The notes: generated from the sequence alone by a model not told the origin. A DNA stretch of 64,000 nucleotides from Penicillus capitatus (GCA_965649825.1 OZ287698.1:821949-885948); one strand, 5' to 3'; shown: positions 1 through 12,676, numbered from the stretch's first letter. Program-made: numbers and translations.

Positions 1-26
1 CGCGCACGATTCTTGCCTTGCATTCC

Positions 27-1869
27 ATGAAACCACTGGCCACTGCAGCAGAGATAGAACGCGTTCGCAAGACGTTCTCGAAGAGAGTGGTGCGCATTTC
101 TCGATGGACGCAGCCGATTCGATGTCCGTATCATCAGGCTGTGATCGGAGCTGGTAGCGCAGGACTCGTCTGTGCCAAAGAGTGCCGAAGGGAGGGTCAT
201 CGGGTCGTCGTCTTTGAAAAGGGCAATCGCATCGGCGGCACATGGGTGGTAGATCGCGCCCCAGACGATCTATCGGAGCTATCGAGTATGCGTCCTTACC
301 TGCGCTTTCCATTGCGTCAATGTCATATGCGGCAGTCTTGGGCAAGGAAGGAAAGCAGCGCTCAGCAGAAGTGCATAGCAGTATGTATGATAATCTGAGA
401 ACAAATCTGCCCAGGGAGCTCATGGGATTCGAAGACTTCCCATTCGATACAGACTTCACTGGATCCGAAGATCCTCGCCGTTTCTGTACACATCACGAGG
501 TCGCTTATCGACGATTGGCTGCACTGCTAGTAAATCGATCGTGATCTAAATTAGGTGCGGCGATACCTGGAGGCCTATGTTCGGCATGTTGATCTGGAAT
601 CTGTCCTTCAATTTCAATCGATGGTGACAAGAGTCGAACCGACGGAGAGGAAGGAGCTGCCGTGGGATGTCGAAGTGTTGACCAATGGCGCAAAACAAGT
701 AGATCTGGGTTGTTACACGATGGTCTCTTGTGATGTTCATGACCTTACAGCTCCACAGATTCGATGCCGTGGCTGTGTGCAATGGACATAACACGGTTCC
801 CTACTATCCAGACGTTGAAGGACTCGATCTCTTCGACAGACCTGTCCTACACAGTCATCTGTACAGAAATGCAACACTCTTTGCTGGCAAGACGGTCGTT
901 GTGCTAGGTAGGTATATTGTGAATTGTCTGAGTTATGTAGCTAACGGCTTTGCTATCAGGGAACTCGAATTCTGGACGTGATCTGGCGGAAGAGATTGGA
1001 ATGGTGGCTAAGGTCGTGTACATGTGTGGGAGAACATGGCGTCCTGGTCTCGATCTTACGAAACCGGTCGGTGAAAGAGAGAATGTTTTTCGCTGTCCTG
1101 CCATTGCTTCATGCACAGGGTCAGGAAAACTGCAACTTACCGTACGTGCCCCTCATCATACACATCATTCACGATTCTACTGTCTAGGATGGACGGGAGT
1201 TGAGTGATATCGATGTGCTGTTGTTCTGTACAGGTTATCAGTACGACTTTCCTTTTTTGGAATCGTCCGATCTCGTATCGACAAATCCAAGAGGCGTCGT
1301 CTATCCGCTCTACAAAGAGATGATCCATCCACGTTTCCCAACCCTGAGTTTCATAAGTGCGTCTAAAGAAGCGAGATGAGGCGTTGTGAGTGGATCGATG
1401 GCATTTCAGGTCTCCAAACGAAGTCGGTGCCGTTCTTTGTGGCGCAGATTCAGTCGCAGGTTGTTGCTCGCGTCTGGTCCGGGAGATGTCGTTTGCCTAG
1501 CCCCGATGTGATGATGGCTGAGATAGATCAAACCCTTGAATCCTATAAGCATCGTGGCAAACCTATGGAGTGTGTGATGACGATGCATCCAAACACGATC
1601 TGTGCATATGGTTGTGTAGGAAATACTTATGCTTTGAAGATCAGTTTGAGTACCTGAACGAAATCGCCGCCTTCTGTGACGATATGGATCCCATGCCCGA
1701 GTGGCGGCGACAGATGCTGGAAGCATCCCTCCGTAACAGGACCACAGACACAAGTGCATATAGAGACAACGAAATGACAGATGACTGTTTTCGACAAGCG
1801 CGAGAGAAATTCGCATCGATGAGAAGCAAAACGGATCGAAAGGAGGATCCAACATTGTATGAGCTTTAA
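27..1869 (+). CDS. Flavin-containing monooxygenase (FMO GS-OX-like), multi-exon
   Basis: Spliced exons give VIGAGSAG (FAD Rossmann), GGTW, HSSMYDNLRTNLPRE, AVCNGH, the FMO signature LFDRPVLHSHLYRN, VVVLG-NSNSGRD (NADPH site) and FCTGY. ATG at 27, TAA at 1867-1869; short GT-AG introns link ORF-track fragments. Confidence 0.93.
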
Positions 1870-1908
1870 AGAATATCTTGATGGATACACATCATCTGTT
1901 CCTGGACT

Positions 1909-3790
1909 TCAGAATCCAAGATTGAGAAAACGTCTCATGTAAGAATGACGCAGACTGAAATGTCGGGGAACAGTCGTCTGATAGTCTTCGCAGATATACG
2001 TGAGATTCGGGGCATGTTGGACGAGTTCATCTCTTTCCATTTCTGTTACCACAATGCAGAAATCTTTTGTCTCTCCTCCCCTGCTTATTAACCGTCGCTC
2101 GAGTCTTGCGAGTGTTTCGGGTCTGAAGCGCCCCGCATGATGATTATTCGGCAGCCAGGCCTTTTGAAGGTTTGGACAGAAAGCGAGGATCTGCTGAAGA
2201 GTGTTCTCCGAGACCGGAATGAAATCATCCACGATAAGAACAGAAAGCGCATGGCAGTATTCCAACAGTGCATTCAGCTCTTCCTCACAGTGTATATGCC
2301 AGCCATTTTCACAGGAGTTAAGTTTCAGATATCGAAGTCTCAGCGGCATCAGGCTTCCGATGTTGTCTGCACACAGAGATCGATAGGCAATGATGCTCGC
2401 ACAGACGATGGAGATCGACACTTGCCTGTGTTCGGGATGCCATCTTCAAGGACGATGATCTCCAGTGCAATTGGATTTCTCTCCATCGCTTCCTGAAAGG
2501 TGCAGAACACAATGGCGTCATCGTCTTTGTGAACGTCTGAGGATGGCGTCGAGCATTGGGAGATGCTGAGTGTGGAGAGGTTATTGGGAATAGAGAATTT
2601 GTATAGGTTGCTGCTTGAGGCATGTCCCATGTGTGGTAACGGTGTCTCCAATTGAAACTGAATGATAAGACTCTCAAGCCCACTGACGCAGAAATCGTCC
2701 ACTTGGGCAGCAGCAATAGAGTGAGATACGGTCGCGTTTCTATCAAGCCGTACCTAAATGAGAGTGATGCCAGTCTCCAACATCAAGACCGATGACCAAG
2801 TGCTTCAAATGGCGACAAGCGTGCAGGATGTCTTTCACCATGCTGCATTTTAGTGGGAAGTCCATGACAAGAGCTTTGAGATTTTGACAGATTCCCATCA
2901 TCCAGCAAAGCATCGCATGACCCACTTGTTCCCAGGAACGAATGTAGAAACGGCCAAGAAAGTCACTCGCGCGATCTCTCCACTGTGTCCGGCACAGCAA
3001 ATGTGTTGCGAGTGCATGTTCTGCTCTCTGCAAGTGCTTCATATAATCCATTCCCACTGCCCTCCATCTCTTGCAGACGCAGAGAGCACAGGAGACATCG
3101 TAAATCTCCATCTTATCCATGATGGCATGCAATATGCCTTCGGGCAAAGAGGCAAAATCGGCCGTTTGTTGTATGCCTGGTGACAGGAGTTCGATCGGCA
3201 TGACAGGGTGCACATCCTCAACAGAGCACTGCAATCTCTCAGCCTACGCATCCGTTTGCCCGTGTGCAGACATCGGAATGCCGAGACCTCTGCTTCGATA
3301 ATTCGAAGGTAGGCATGATCCTTCATCTTTTGCATGATCTGATACAAAGCATCCAATTCATTCTCTGAAAGCTGACGAAAATCCCATTCCATCTTCCACC
3401 TGCACATATCATCACACTTTTCTCCGCTGGCTAGTGATTGGGTCACACACCCTCTGATATGCACAGCAAGTGCCCATGATACATGTTTATCAAGAGGTAC
3501 GTCATCATCTGGCATTTCTGGTAGAGAGTAGTGGGGATAATTCGTCTTGAAAGAGTTCAAGAATGCTTGGAAGGCATCCATCTCGCCAAGCCATCCTTCC
3601 TTCATATCACGGAGCGTTTTCCATCCCTGTCGTCTGCCATGTTTCGTCTACTTGGAATTGACGTCGTACTTTGCTTTCTGTCACGCATTTATCGGTTCCC
3701 AATTGGCGTTCCGTGTGCCTATGTGATAATTTCTGTACATTCTGGGCTGGCGTTGTCCAAGGCCAATCTGTTGATTCGAGATACGACATG
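1909..3790 (-). CDS. F-box/LRR-like protein with N-terminal extension, multi-exon (start uncertain)
   Basis: F-box motif FASLPEGILHAIMDKMEIYDVSCALCVCKRWRAV (~3160-3050) followed by LRR-like CQNLKALVM, CRHLKHLVI, CHALSVLIV, CPNLQKAWL. Introns 2702-2753 (GT-AG, approx.) and 2367-2425 (GC-AG) join the fragments in frame; TGA at 1909. Confidence 0.7.
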
Positions 3791-3817
3791 ACGCTGTGAA
3801 AACCGTTTAAAAGGTTC

Positions 3818-5212
3818 ATGAGGAGGACACATTCTCCCTTCGTTACCAGAACGGTATCCCTCGTCGAGGGTCACCGACCACTGCTCTATCAACGATGCCA
3901 CACGGACAGAGAAGTGCGAGAAGATGCGACGTCGCCAGAGCAGAAGCGCCGAGTCGCGTTGGGTCTACCGTTTGACTTCGACGAAGATACAAATCGACGG
4001 ATCCAAGAATTCTTGGTACCACGTCATACACCCGAGGCAATGAAAGGCGCATCTCATCAGAATGCTGAAGGCAATGCTGAAGAGGCCCAGCGCATCCGAA
4101 CCATTATGGGCTTCGTTAAGCACCAGGAAACACAGCCTTCGGCATTCACCTTCGATTTTGGGGTTCGATCGTCGGTGGCTGAATCGAAGAAGGAGAGGCC
4201 ATGGAGTGTCTTTGTGGGTGGCATGCCCTACTCCTGGTCGAGAACAGAGGTTTCTGACTTCTGGGCGGAATGCGGAGAGGTGGCTGATGTCGAATGCATG
4301 ACGTTTCGGGACACGGGGCGATTCAAAGGCATTGCTAGGGTTTCTTACCGGACAGAAGAGGGCTATCGTGCTGCACTGGCCTGCAACGGAGATTCGTGGG
4401 AAGGGTTCTCCTTTGTTGTATCGCCATGGAAGGTGAAGGAATCGATGATGTCTCTTCCAATGAAACGAAAAGTCACATCGTGTGATGATGCATCGCTGGC
4501 GCCGATCGGGCAGAAGACGGAAGGTTTCGATGTTCTATTTATGTGTCAGCTGCCTTTGACATGGACAGCCGACGACATCGCTAAGCTGTTTCGCGAATTC
4601 GAGATCGAGGCAGTGAAGCTGAAAACAGATTCCCAAACGGGTCGGTCCAAAGGATATGCCCATATTCATTTTGGTCGGGCCGATCACCGATTAGAAGAAG
4701 CTATTAAGAAACTCGATCAGAGAGAATTTGAAGGTCAGACGGTACGATTGGGCTACGCCATTCCGCCTCCGAATTGGAAACCCAAGACCACAGAGGGCAA
4801 AAAACGGGCTCTTCATGCAAGAGACATGCATTTGACGCCAGAAAACTTCGAAACGATCGACGGTCGATTTCTCGTCCGACTCTCCGGACTGCTGCCCACA
4901 GCAACCGAGTCTGAAATTCGAGATCTCTTTGTTGATGTGGTCATAGAAGACATTCTCTTTATCTGGAGTGTTCGAAACCAGCGCAACAGTGGCGCTGTCT
5001 ATCTCATGATTCCAGATCGTTCGAATCTCGATCGCGTGTTGGCGATGCATCGCGAATTCTATCAGGGCCGACGGCTGCATGTCCGTCCAGGAAAATACTC
5101 TGACTATGTGCAGAAGGCAGTGCGATTTAGGAAAGGGATCTCAAAGCAGCAGCATTCAGCTGCACCAATGCGTTATGATGACATAGACGATCCATTAATG
5201 TCTTTACTTTAG
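3818..5212 (+). CDS. Triple-RRM RNA-binding protein (PHIP1/nucleolin-like), single exon
   Basis: Uninterrupted 464-aa ORF with RNP2/RNP1 motifs VFVGGMP...FKGIARVSY, LFMCQLP...SKGYAHIHF, VRLSGLL...SGAVYLMI. The true start could be the Met at 4040. Confidence 0.8.
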   Translation: MRRTHSPFVTRTVSLVEGHRPLLYQRCHTDREVREDATSPEQKRRVALGLPFDFDEDTNRRIQEFLVPRHTPEAMKGASHQNAEGNAEEAQRIRTIMGFVKHQETQPSAFTFDFGVRSSVAESKKERPWSVFVGGMPYSWSRTEVSDFWAECGEVADVECMTFRDTGRFKGIARVSYRTEEGYRAALACNGDSWEGFSFVVSPWKVKESMMSLPMKRKVTSCDDASLAPIGQKTEGFDVLFMCQLPLTWTADDIAKLFREFEIEAVKLKTDSQTGRSKGYAHIHFGRADHRLEEAIKKLDQREFEGQTVRLGYAIPPPNWKPKTTEGKKRALHARDMHLTPENFETIDGRFLVRLSGLLPTATESEIRDLFVDVVIEDILFIWSVRNQRNSGAVYLMIPDRSNLDRVLAMHREFYQGRRLHVRPGKYSDYVQKAVRFRKGISKQQHSAAPMRYDDIDDPLMSLL

Positions 5213-5281
5213 ACAATCGGTTTTCTCTCGCGATAACACGTTTCTGGCGTCGCTCTGGCGTTTCTGCGTCGAACTTTACCT

Positions 5282-6512
5282 ATGCTATCATCCGTTGTGT
5301 CCTCTGTTAAGGATGGTCTGCGTTGGCGTCGACCTTCAACTAGATGGCCCTCGCGAAATGACCTTGTCCATTATCGAACCGGGTGTCCTTCAAGACGACG
5401 ACCTCGAAGATGTCATTTCATTCGAGCATCGGAAGGTTCACAAGATGCCGATTTTCAGTCAGGCGAAGGTACCAATATGGCCTCACAGCTAAAAAAGATC
5501 GCTGCAATGGATCAACTCGTCGATCTGATGCTCAGTGCCGCGAGCAGGGATGAGGTAAATGATGCCATCGCCTGTCCCCCAAAAATATTGGTCTCGGCTG
5601 AGGTTGCAGTTAGTCAAGCGCGTCAGTGAAAACATTTTAGCACTGAATCAAGATTTTTGGCTCCGGATGGCCTCGCGGTCAGATTCCGGCGATGCGGAGA
5701 CGAAAGAAAGGATCGCATCCCTCAGCAAAGCCATCATGACCATCACAGAAACGCTGGTCAAGATGACTGAGAATCAGTTGGATGATTCTTCAGAGCTGAT
5801 GGTGGAGATCCTGACTGCGGCGGCAGACGAACAGGGACACTGGGACTTGCCCTTAGCCCCAGACAAAATCACAGCCCTCAAAGAGGTGACGCGGACTTTC
5901 TCACTCTTCTTAAAAACAACAACACAACATCCAAATAGGCACTGAAAAATCACAGTGACCGACTGGATGAGGCTTTTCTCTCCACTGCTTTTGCTTGGAT
6001 ACGCAAGTCCATGGAAGACAACATCGAGGGTGGGTCACACATCACCTGTCACGTCAGAAACATCATGTCTATCTAGGAATGGTACCATTAATGCAGAGGA
6101 TGCTGCAGCTGTACGCGTCTCAATGTCTGTACACAGAGAGCTCCGATCCGTTCATCTCATTTCTCAACAATCTAATGGATGAATCTTATGAAAGATGGTC
6201 ATCCATGATTCGTCAAGCGGCGACGGAGGGTTAGCTTCCCGTTGCGTCGACAACTAGCAGATTGTCGCAATGGCCGTCTAGGTATTATCGACTACGACAG
6301 ATTTGCGGCGTTCATAGACACCAAAATCGAATCAATGATTGATATTTCCAGCGGTTCACATAAACAGCGTGTCCAGGTAGCGCACAGGGTTCCGATATCA
6401 AACGCGGAATGCGTTTGTCTAGGCCGAATTTTTAGCTAAATTGAAAGAAGAAGGTCGCTTGGCACTGGAGGAAGGCAATGGAGGGCCCGGGAGAGGCAAA
6501 ACGGAAGTCTGA
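5282..6512 (+). CDS. Uncharacterised alpha-helical plastid-targeted protein, multi-exon
   Basis: Arg/Ser-rich N-terminus poor in acidic residues, ending ...CHFIRAS (transit-peptide-like); helical body (NQDFWLRMASR..., WDLPLAPDKI); short GT-AG introns; TGA 6510-6512 followed by TGTAA. Confidence 0.6.
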
Positions 6513-6816
6513 GTTTGTAACGCTGTTGATGTTTATCTTCATGCGCTGACAGGCGAAGTCTCTAGAAGACATTCATTCAAGCACATTCACGGTGTCTCAT
6601 GAACAGCCTGTACTAACCTAACGTCAGCATTCATTTTGCCGTTACTTGAAGCTTTTCCTTTTTCCGTTTCGTCACTAGACACGTCGAGGTTCGGGGTCAC
6701 CTGTTCAGCTGTTTTAGGATCGCGACAGACGGTTAAGCAGTTTTCAGTAATGGACCGCCTACCGTCCATTTGAACCGCAGGTCTTTTGTTTGTTTGGTTG
6801 TCACCGTTCTGTACAA

Positions 6817-8217
6817 ATGAACGCGTCGTTCGACCCTTTGCGTAATCGGATTGCCGTGATTTCTCCGGCAACTGAAAGGAGGTCAACGTGGTCCCAAGAG
6901 GTAAGGTGTTCCTCGAGGGTTTAACAAAAGCAATCCGATGCCGATTCCGCGGCTCGCCGCACGCATCGCATGAGTAACTCTTTGTAATCTGCGGGACTTT
7001 GTGTGCACAGGAGGATGACCGACTCTATCGACTCGTTAGTCTCTATGGCGCCAAGAATTGGTGTGCAATTGCCAACGTAAGTGTCAGCCGAATTCGCGTC
7101 TTTGGCTCGCGAACCCATCGTCCATTCGCATGCTGTAGGAAATGCAGACGCGCAATGGAAAGAGCTGTCGTTCGAGGTAATGCGCGATATACGATGACTT
7201 TAGATCTTTATGTAAGGATCCTTTGGACTTCGTAGATGGTTCAACTATCTTGCTCCGGGTATCAAGAAAGGTTCATTCACCCCAGAAGAAGTGCATCCGA
7301 CTTTGGAGAAAGAATGCTCGGATGTGACTGATTCGTGTTTTTGTAGGAGGCATTGATCCGCGAAAAACACCAAGAGTTAGGAAACAAATGGTCCGCCATT
7401 GCCAAGTTTCTCCCAGGTCGCACCGATATGGCCATCAAGAACTATTGGTGAGATGAGCAGGATTTGTGGTGGACATGAGGTAGAGTCAGTCGTCTATGGT
7501 GTTGTCTGTAGGAACGGGCATCTGAAGCGTAAACACTCGGGGGATGATGGAGGCTCGAATCATTCTGAAGATCATGTGCACTGTTTTGCACCACCATCCG
7601 CGTCTCGTGCTTCGTCTGCCGGGACCGGAAGAGTGGTGGATGAATTCCATAGTCAAGGTTATCAATCTGCGGCGCCGCCGCCGCAAAAGCGCCAACGCGT
7701 ATCCGCATCTTGCGATGTTTATCAACAGTTTTCCAACTTGACCATTCTTCAAAATTGCAAAGCGTTGCCATTCGTGATCGCACTGGCGGCGATTCTCATG
7801 GAACTTTGTGATGAGAACGATCCGCAGATGCTTTGCAATGTTTTAGAGATTGCCAATCAGATTCTCAAGATGAAAAAGGGTACTATCCTTGCACGCCTGG
7901 GCAAAAACTTGTTTACGGTTTAGGTTGTTCTCTAGAGACGAAGGTTGTTGGCAGCGGCAATCAAGCCACGAACAGATCGACCTAAACGTCAAATCGAGAT
8001 GATACATGCACTCAGAATCCGCCTATTGCAAAGGGGCATTTTTTGTCCCGGTCTGTTCATCATGTTTGCTGTTTGCTTCGTTTGGAGGCAGGGCATTGAA
8101 TTTAAAGACTGGACTGAACTACTGACTATGTATGGCGTATGTCTGGCAGAGCGACTGAACCACAAGAGATTTCTCAGTCCGTGGGCAGAAGACTTAAGTG
8201 GTGGAGAGTCATTGTAA
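6817..8217 (+). CDS. R2R3-MYB transcription factor, multi-exon
   Basis: Spliced: STWSQE|[22 protein letters not shown]|[13 protein letters not shown]|[18 protein letters not shown]|[34 protein letters not shown]|NGHLKRK, with regularly spaced Trp. ATG 6817; C-terminal exons run to TAA 8217. Confidence 0.9.
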
Positions 8218-9376
8218 CTTTGACCAATAAGTGCATCTTGCAATGAGGACTCAAATGTCCATAAAGCACAAATCTGGAAGCATCTAAATGGCCCGCCTGA
8301 GCAAACAACTTTAAAGATGGCCGTTGATCGACAGACACTGTAAGACTTCGAGCGTGGGAGAAATGGACTCAGAAATCGTTCTTAGCAACCAAGGTGCGAA
8401 AAAGAGAGCATCCGATTTTGTTTAGTGTCCGTTATCACAACCGCAGCTATTGGTACGAGTAGAGTGCATACCATGTAGCGATTTTCAAGAGTTTAGGGTC
8501 TTCATTCGTATCTCGGGCGCCTGCGCTGGCGATCACGAAGGAAGACTAGGACGGTCGAGATTTTTTGCTTATCGGAACACAAGGAAAATACGCATTGTAA
8601 AAAAGAAAGGGCTGGAGATCTGCCTCCATCCATATACCTACCCACCCACTTACCATCGTCATCGTGAGCTGAATGCTGTTCGACCAGCTGCTTCCTCATT
8701 TGTGCCGATCACTCTGTCAAAGATGAGAAGATAGGGAAGAGGTAAGCTGCAATGGATGATACGGGAAATAAGAAAGAGAATCGAAGAAATGTTAGATTTG
8801 GCGTAGAGATTTTGGAGAAAAGGATACTCACCGTCTAGCTTCGGTGATGTTGGGGATCTTCTCATAGTCGATCGGTTATACGTCTCAATAATCATTGTAG
8901 GGCTCGTCGTTTCTCATCGCTACGATTCCCCTGTTTCTCATGCAGCTGTCAGATTCAGTTAGAGTGCACGAAGACGTCGTGCATGTATGTGTAATGAAAA
9001 TATGGACGGCCAAAAACGACGTTCGATCGATTGCGCGATCTCGCCGACGACACTAATGGTAGATACATCCGTAAGATCTCTCCCCGCCGATAGTATCATA
9101 AGACCTGGCGTCGGTAGCTGACTAGAACTCCGAAGTACAAAAGTCGCATGGCGATGACGCCGATGATCGTGACAAGCCGCAAAGCATACAGTATTGCTGC
9201 GTTTCGTTATCTTCATCAAAGTTCGTTCGATCGGCAGATCGATCGCATCATCCACCCCCTTGAAGATGCTGGAAAAGGTTTACCTTAGTCGTCGACACAA
9301 CCAGCACTCGCGAGGATTGCAAAACAGACTGACCGTGCGTAGGACGATTTGATGCAATAGGTGTTTGAATTTTCGC

Positions 9377-9500
9377 CGTGGCTCTAGTAGATACCGATCG
9401 CGGATCGAACGACACCGATCGCGGATCGAACGACACCGATCGCGGATCGAACGACACCGATCGTGGCTCTAGTAGACACCGATCGCGGATCGAACGACAC
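9377..9500. repeat. 21-bp GATC-rich minisatellite (ACCGATCGCGGATCGAACGAC) with interspersed variant unit
   Basis: Four copies of the 21-mer plus two copies of a GTGGCTCTAGTAGA variant, read directly. Confidence 0.95.
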
Positions 9501-9785
9501 AATTCCTTTCCGTGTAGCATGCGTCCTTGCCTCTCATTCGTTGATTTCCTTCCGACGTAATAGTGTTAGCATCTTTCTCGAAATGCATTCATCCAAATCG
9601 ATCGTCGTTCGGCATGACGCCTAAGGAGTATGAGAGCGATATCGATCGAGATGTTTTCATGCGTCGTGCAACATTGATGATAACGTCACGCAAAAATCAT
9701 CTTGAAGTGAATCGAAGGACATTCGATCGCACAGGCGAGAAGTCAAAGAACACAGATTTAGATTCGGATGCGTTTTGCCGTCTCT

Positions 9786-12676
9786 CTATCGATTATCCTG
9801 CCGATCGGTAGATTTAATTTCCAGATCGAGCTTTAAACATTCGACCAACTGCATAGAGGGCACAATAGACAAAAAGAACCTTCATGGAGTTGAGCTTGCC
9901 TGATTCAACGTTCGAACCGACGCGTTGCTGCTCTCCACTTTCGAATTCAGTTCCTTGACCTGTTCTTCAGCCAATTCCTGGAAAGAAACCGTCTTCAAAA
10001 AACGTCGATGAGGTTGCGATTTTTTGCCTGTTCGTTGCGTAACCGTTTCAGTTGGGCATTCTTTTCATTTCGTGTTTGATCGATTTCGTTTTTCATCTCC
10101 GCCACCTTCATCGCGCAGTCCGATCGTACCTTCACGCGTTGCTATCATGGTTATGTCGATTGCTGTGTGCGATGATCATCATCGACCTTGCACATTATCT
10201 GCTCCGCTTCGGAGATGAGACGCTCCATTTCACTGTTCCTTTCGGTGACCTCCTTTAATCTCGTGTTCATGTATTCGATGTGCGTCTCTTTTGAACACAA
10301 CTGATTCTGCAGACGACGAATGCACTTCTGATCTTCCTCGCTGCGTGCCAACAACGAGGTATACTTCTCCTGATAACAAGTTAGATTATCTCAAAGCGAA
10401 CGGACAGGGATCGGCACCTGAATGTCATCGAACAGGGACTGCTGCTGATCCAGTTGCGTCTGGTAACGCGGCACGTGGGCTGCCATAGTTTGCTTCGCCT
10501 TTTCTGACTCCAGAGCCCGTTCTTCTGCTTCTAAGAGCTTCTTTTGTGTGTCTGCAAGCAGACTACATGCAGCTATGTTCTTAATCTAGATAAGAGGATA
10601 TCGCGAATCACTTTTTTGTGCTCTCGAGGGAGATCTCCGTTGCATTGAGTTTTTGGTGTAATAGCGCTTTCTGATCTTCGGTCGCTTTCATGCGATCGCT
10701 GACCTTGTCGTGCTCTCGCTGTAACGATTCCAGCTTTTCAGTGATCTGATCAGTTTTTCTGTAAAGCATGCATACATCGTTGCATCGGCAGAAAGATCGA
10801 ACGTGAAACATACTCGTGGTAGACATGAAACGTGTTTGACATTTCGCGGAGGCGGCGTTCCCCATCGACTGTTGCTCTAACGAAGGATGTGTTTCGCTTC
10901 CGCGGCGATACGAATCTTGACCTTACGCTTTGGAATCTCTCGCTTTCTGTTCTACTGTCGCATTTCGTTGTCTCAGTTCTTCGTTCTGAACACACTTAAG
11001 ATCCAATTGCGACTTGATCCGCGACATCTCGGACTGAAAAGCTTGTTTCTGTGCTTGAAACTGCCTGCGATCGCAAATGTTTATGAGCAGAGAACACAGA
11101 GAATGTGTCGGCTGGTGCTGGTGCACCTATCTAAATCGGCGACATGGGCATCGCACTCTTGGAGTTTCGTTTTCAAATCGTGCATCTCCCTTTCTTTGTG
11201 TTTCAAGCAGTCATCTGCAAGACAGGAAAAGCGATTTTTCAATCGCTGCTGGTAATTGTTCACCTTTGTCGCAGAGCAGACGACACGTTCGATCCAGCTC
11301 CGATTCGAAACGAGCGATTTTCTTTCTGTCATCGTATTCCTTTTCTCGTGCGCAATGCAATTGTTGGCGCGTGTTCTCTGTGAGTGTCCGAATCTCGTTC
11401 CTCTGGGCAGAGAATCGACTCTGCAGCGATTCGTATTTATACTAGACATGCTTTCATCACAGAACGCATAAGAATGTGTGTATGACGTTACTTTTAAAGT
11501 TCGACAGGCCTCTTTATACTTCTTAGCGCCATCATCTTTGCTCTTCAGCTGCTGCCGAATACTGTGGATCTCTCGTGCAATCGCCGACACAACATCGTCA
11601 TCGAAAGAGACCTTGAGAGGATTCTCGATCGACGCCGATCGTTGCAAGGGAAGAAGAGAGCACACCATCGCAAGTTCTGACATGCTGGACTCCCGTTTGA
11701 TCGAAAGCTGATCGCGATGCATTCCACTCCTCAGTGACAGCAGCCGATCGTGTCTTTCCTAGACGATCGAATCGACATCGAATGTGTCGACAAGAGAGAA
11801 TTACGATGCCTGATATCGATCGCTTAAGGACGATAGATCCGCCTCTCGACGATCGAGTTCTTGGCGAAGTGCTTTGTTATCTTTCAATACCCGCTCATGG
11901 GTGTCTTCAGCGTGACGCAATTTTTCAACCGCCATTTCGATCTTTTCTGCAAAGAAAGTGGAGAAATAAGACACGTATGTATACAAGGCAGAGACTTGCG
12001 GCAGAGGCCTTGATCGTCGCGAGCTCCTGTCGGTAATGCATCTCGGCTCTAGCCAACTCATTCCTCGACGCATCGAGCTCGTGCTGCTGCGTCTGCTGTT
12101 CCGCCTCGAGTTGCGTCTTTCGAGTTTCAGTTGTGTGTAAATTCTTCTTAAGGTCATGCAGTTGCGTTGTCTCTTCGAGTGTCTATCGCATCGTTGACCA
12201 ACTCGCAAAGCATGTTCTTTCAGAGATCGGTCACCTGGCGGCGTTCTCTCTGTAACTCAGCCATCACCGTTTCCAGCATCGTCTGCAGTTCACTTTTCGT
12301 TCTGTCTGTGTCGCGGCATTTGCGATTCAGCGTTTCCAACGCGTTCTCCAGTTGCTGAATCACTTGATCCTTCGTCGCAACAGCGCTCTCGAGCTGTTCG
12401 CGCGCATTGCGTGCCGTATTCTATCATAGAGAACGCCGCGTTTCTGGCCTATTGCCAAGGGGCCGAGTACAAACCCACCATCAGACGAATCTGCTGTTGG
12501 CGCATTTCGATCAACTCTACATCCTTCGCGTTCAGCGCCGCTTTCAATCGCAGAAACTGCCAAGTCGAGATGCAACACGCGTCAAACAGCGCTGGCTGAG
12601 GTACATCATTCTGTTTGTCTGTGCCGTCGAGAAAGTCAGAGGCAGAATCGGAGTGGTCATCGCCGGAATCGCTCAT
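9786..12676 (-). CDS. Long coiled-coil protein, many exons, family unassigned
   Basis: Start MSDSGDDHSDSAS; successive E/K/Q/L-rich heptad exons (FLRLKAALNAKDVELIEMRQQQ, AVEKLRHAEDTHERVLKDNK, KLESLQREHDKVSDRMKATEDQK) separated by ~50-nt introns. The last exon LVECLKLDLEIKSTDRQDNR* ends at TAG 9786. Confidence 0.75.

Noticed and set aside
9377-9500. Possible CRISPR-like array (repeats with variant inserts); likewise the 27-, 31- and 22-bp arrays
   Set aside because: Units are head-to-tail with no unique spacers, no cas genes are present, and the context is eukaryotic.
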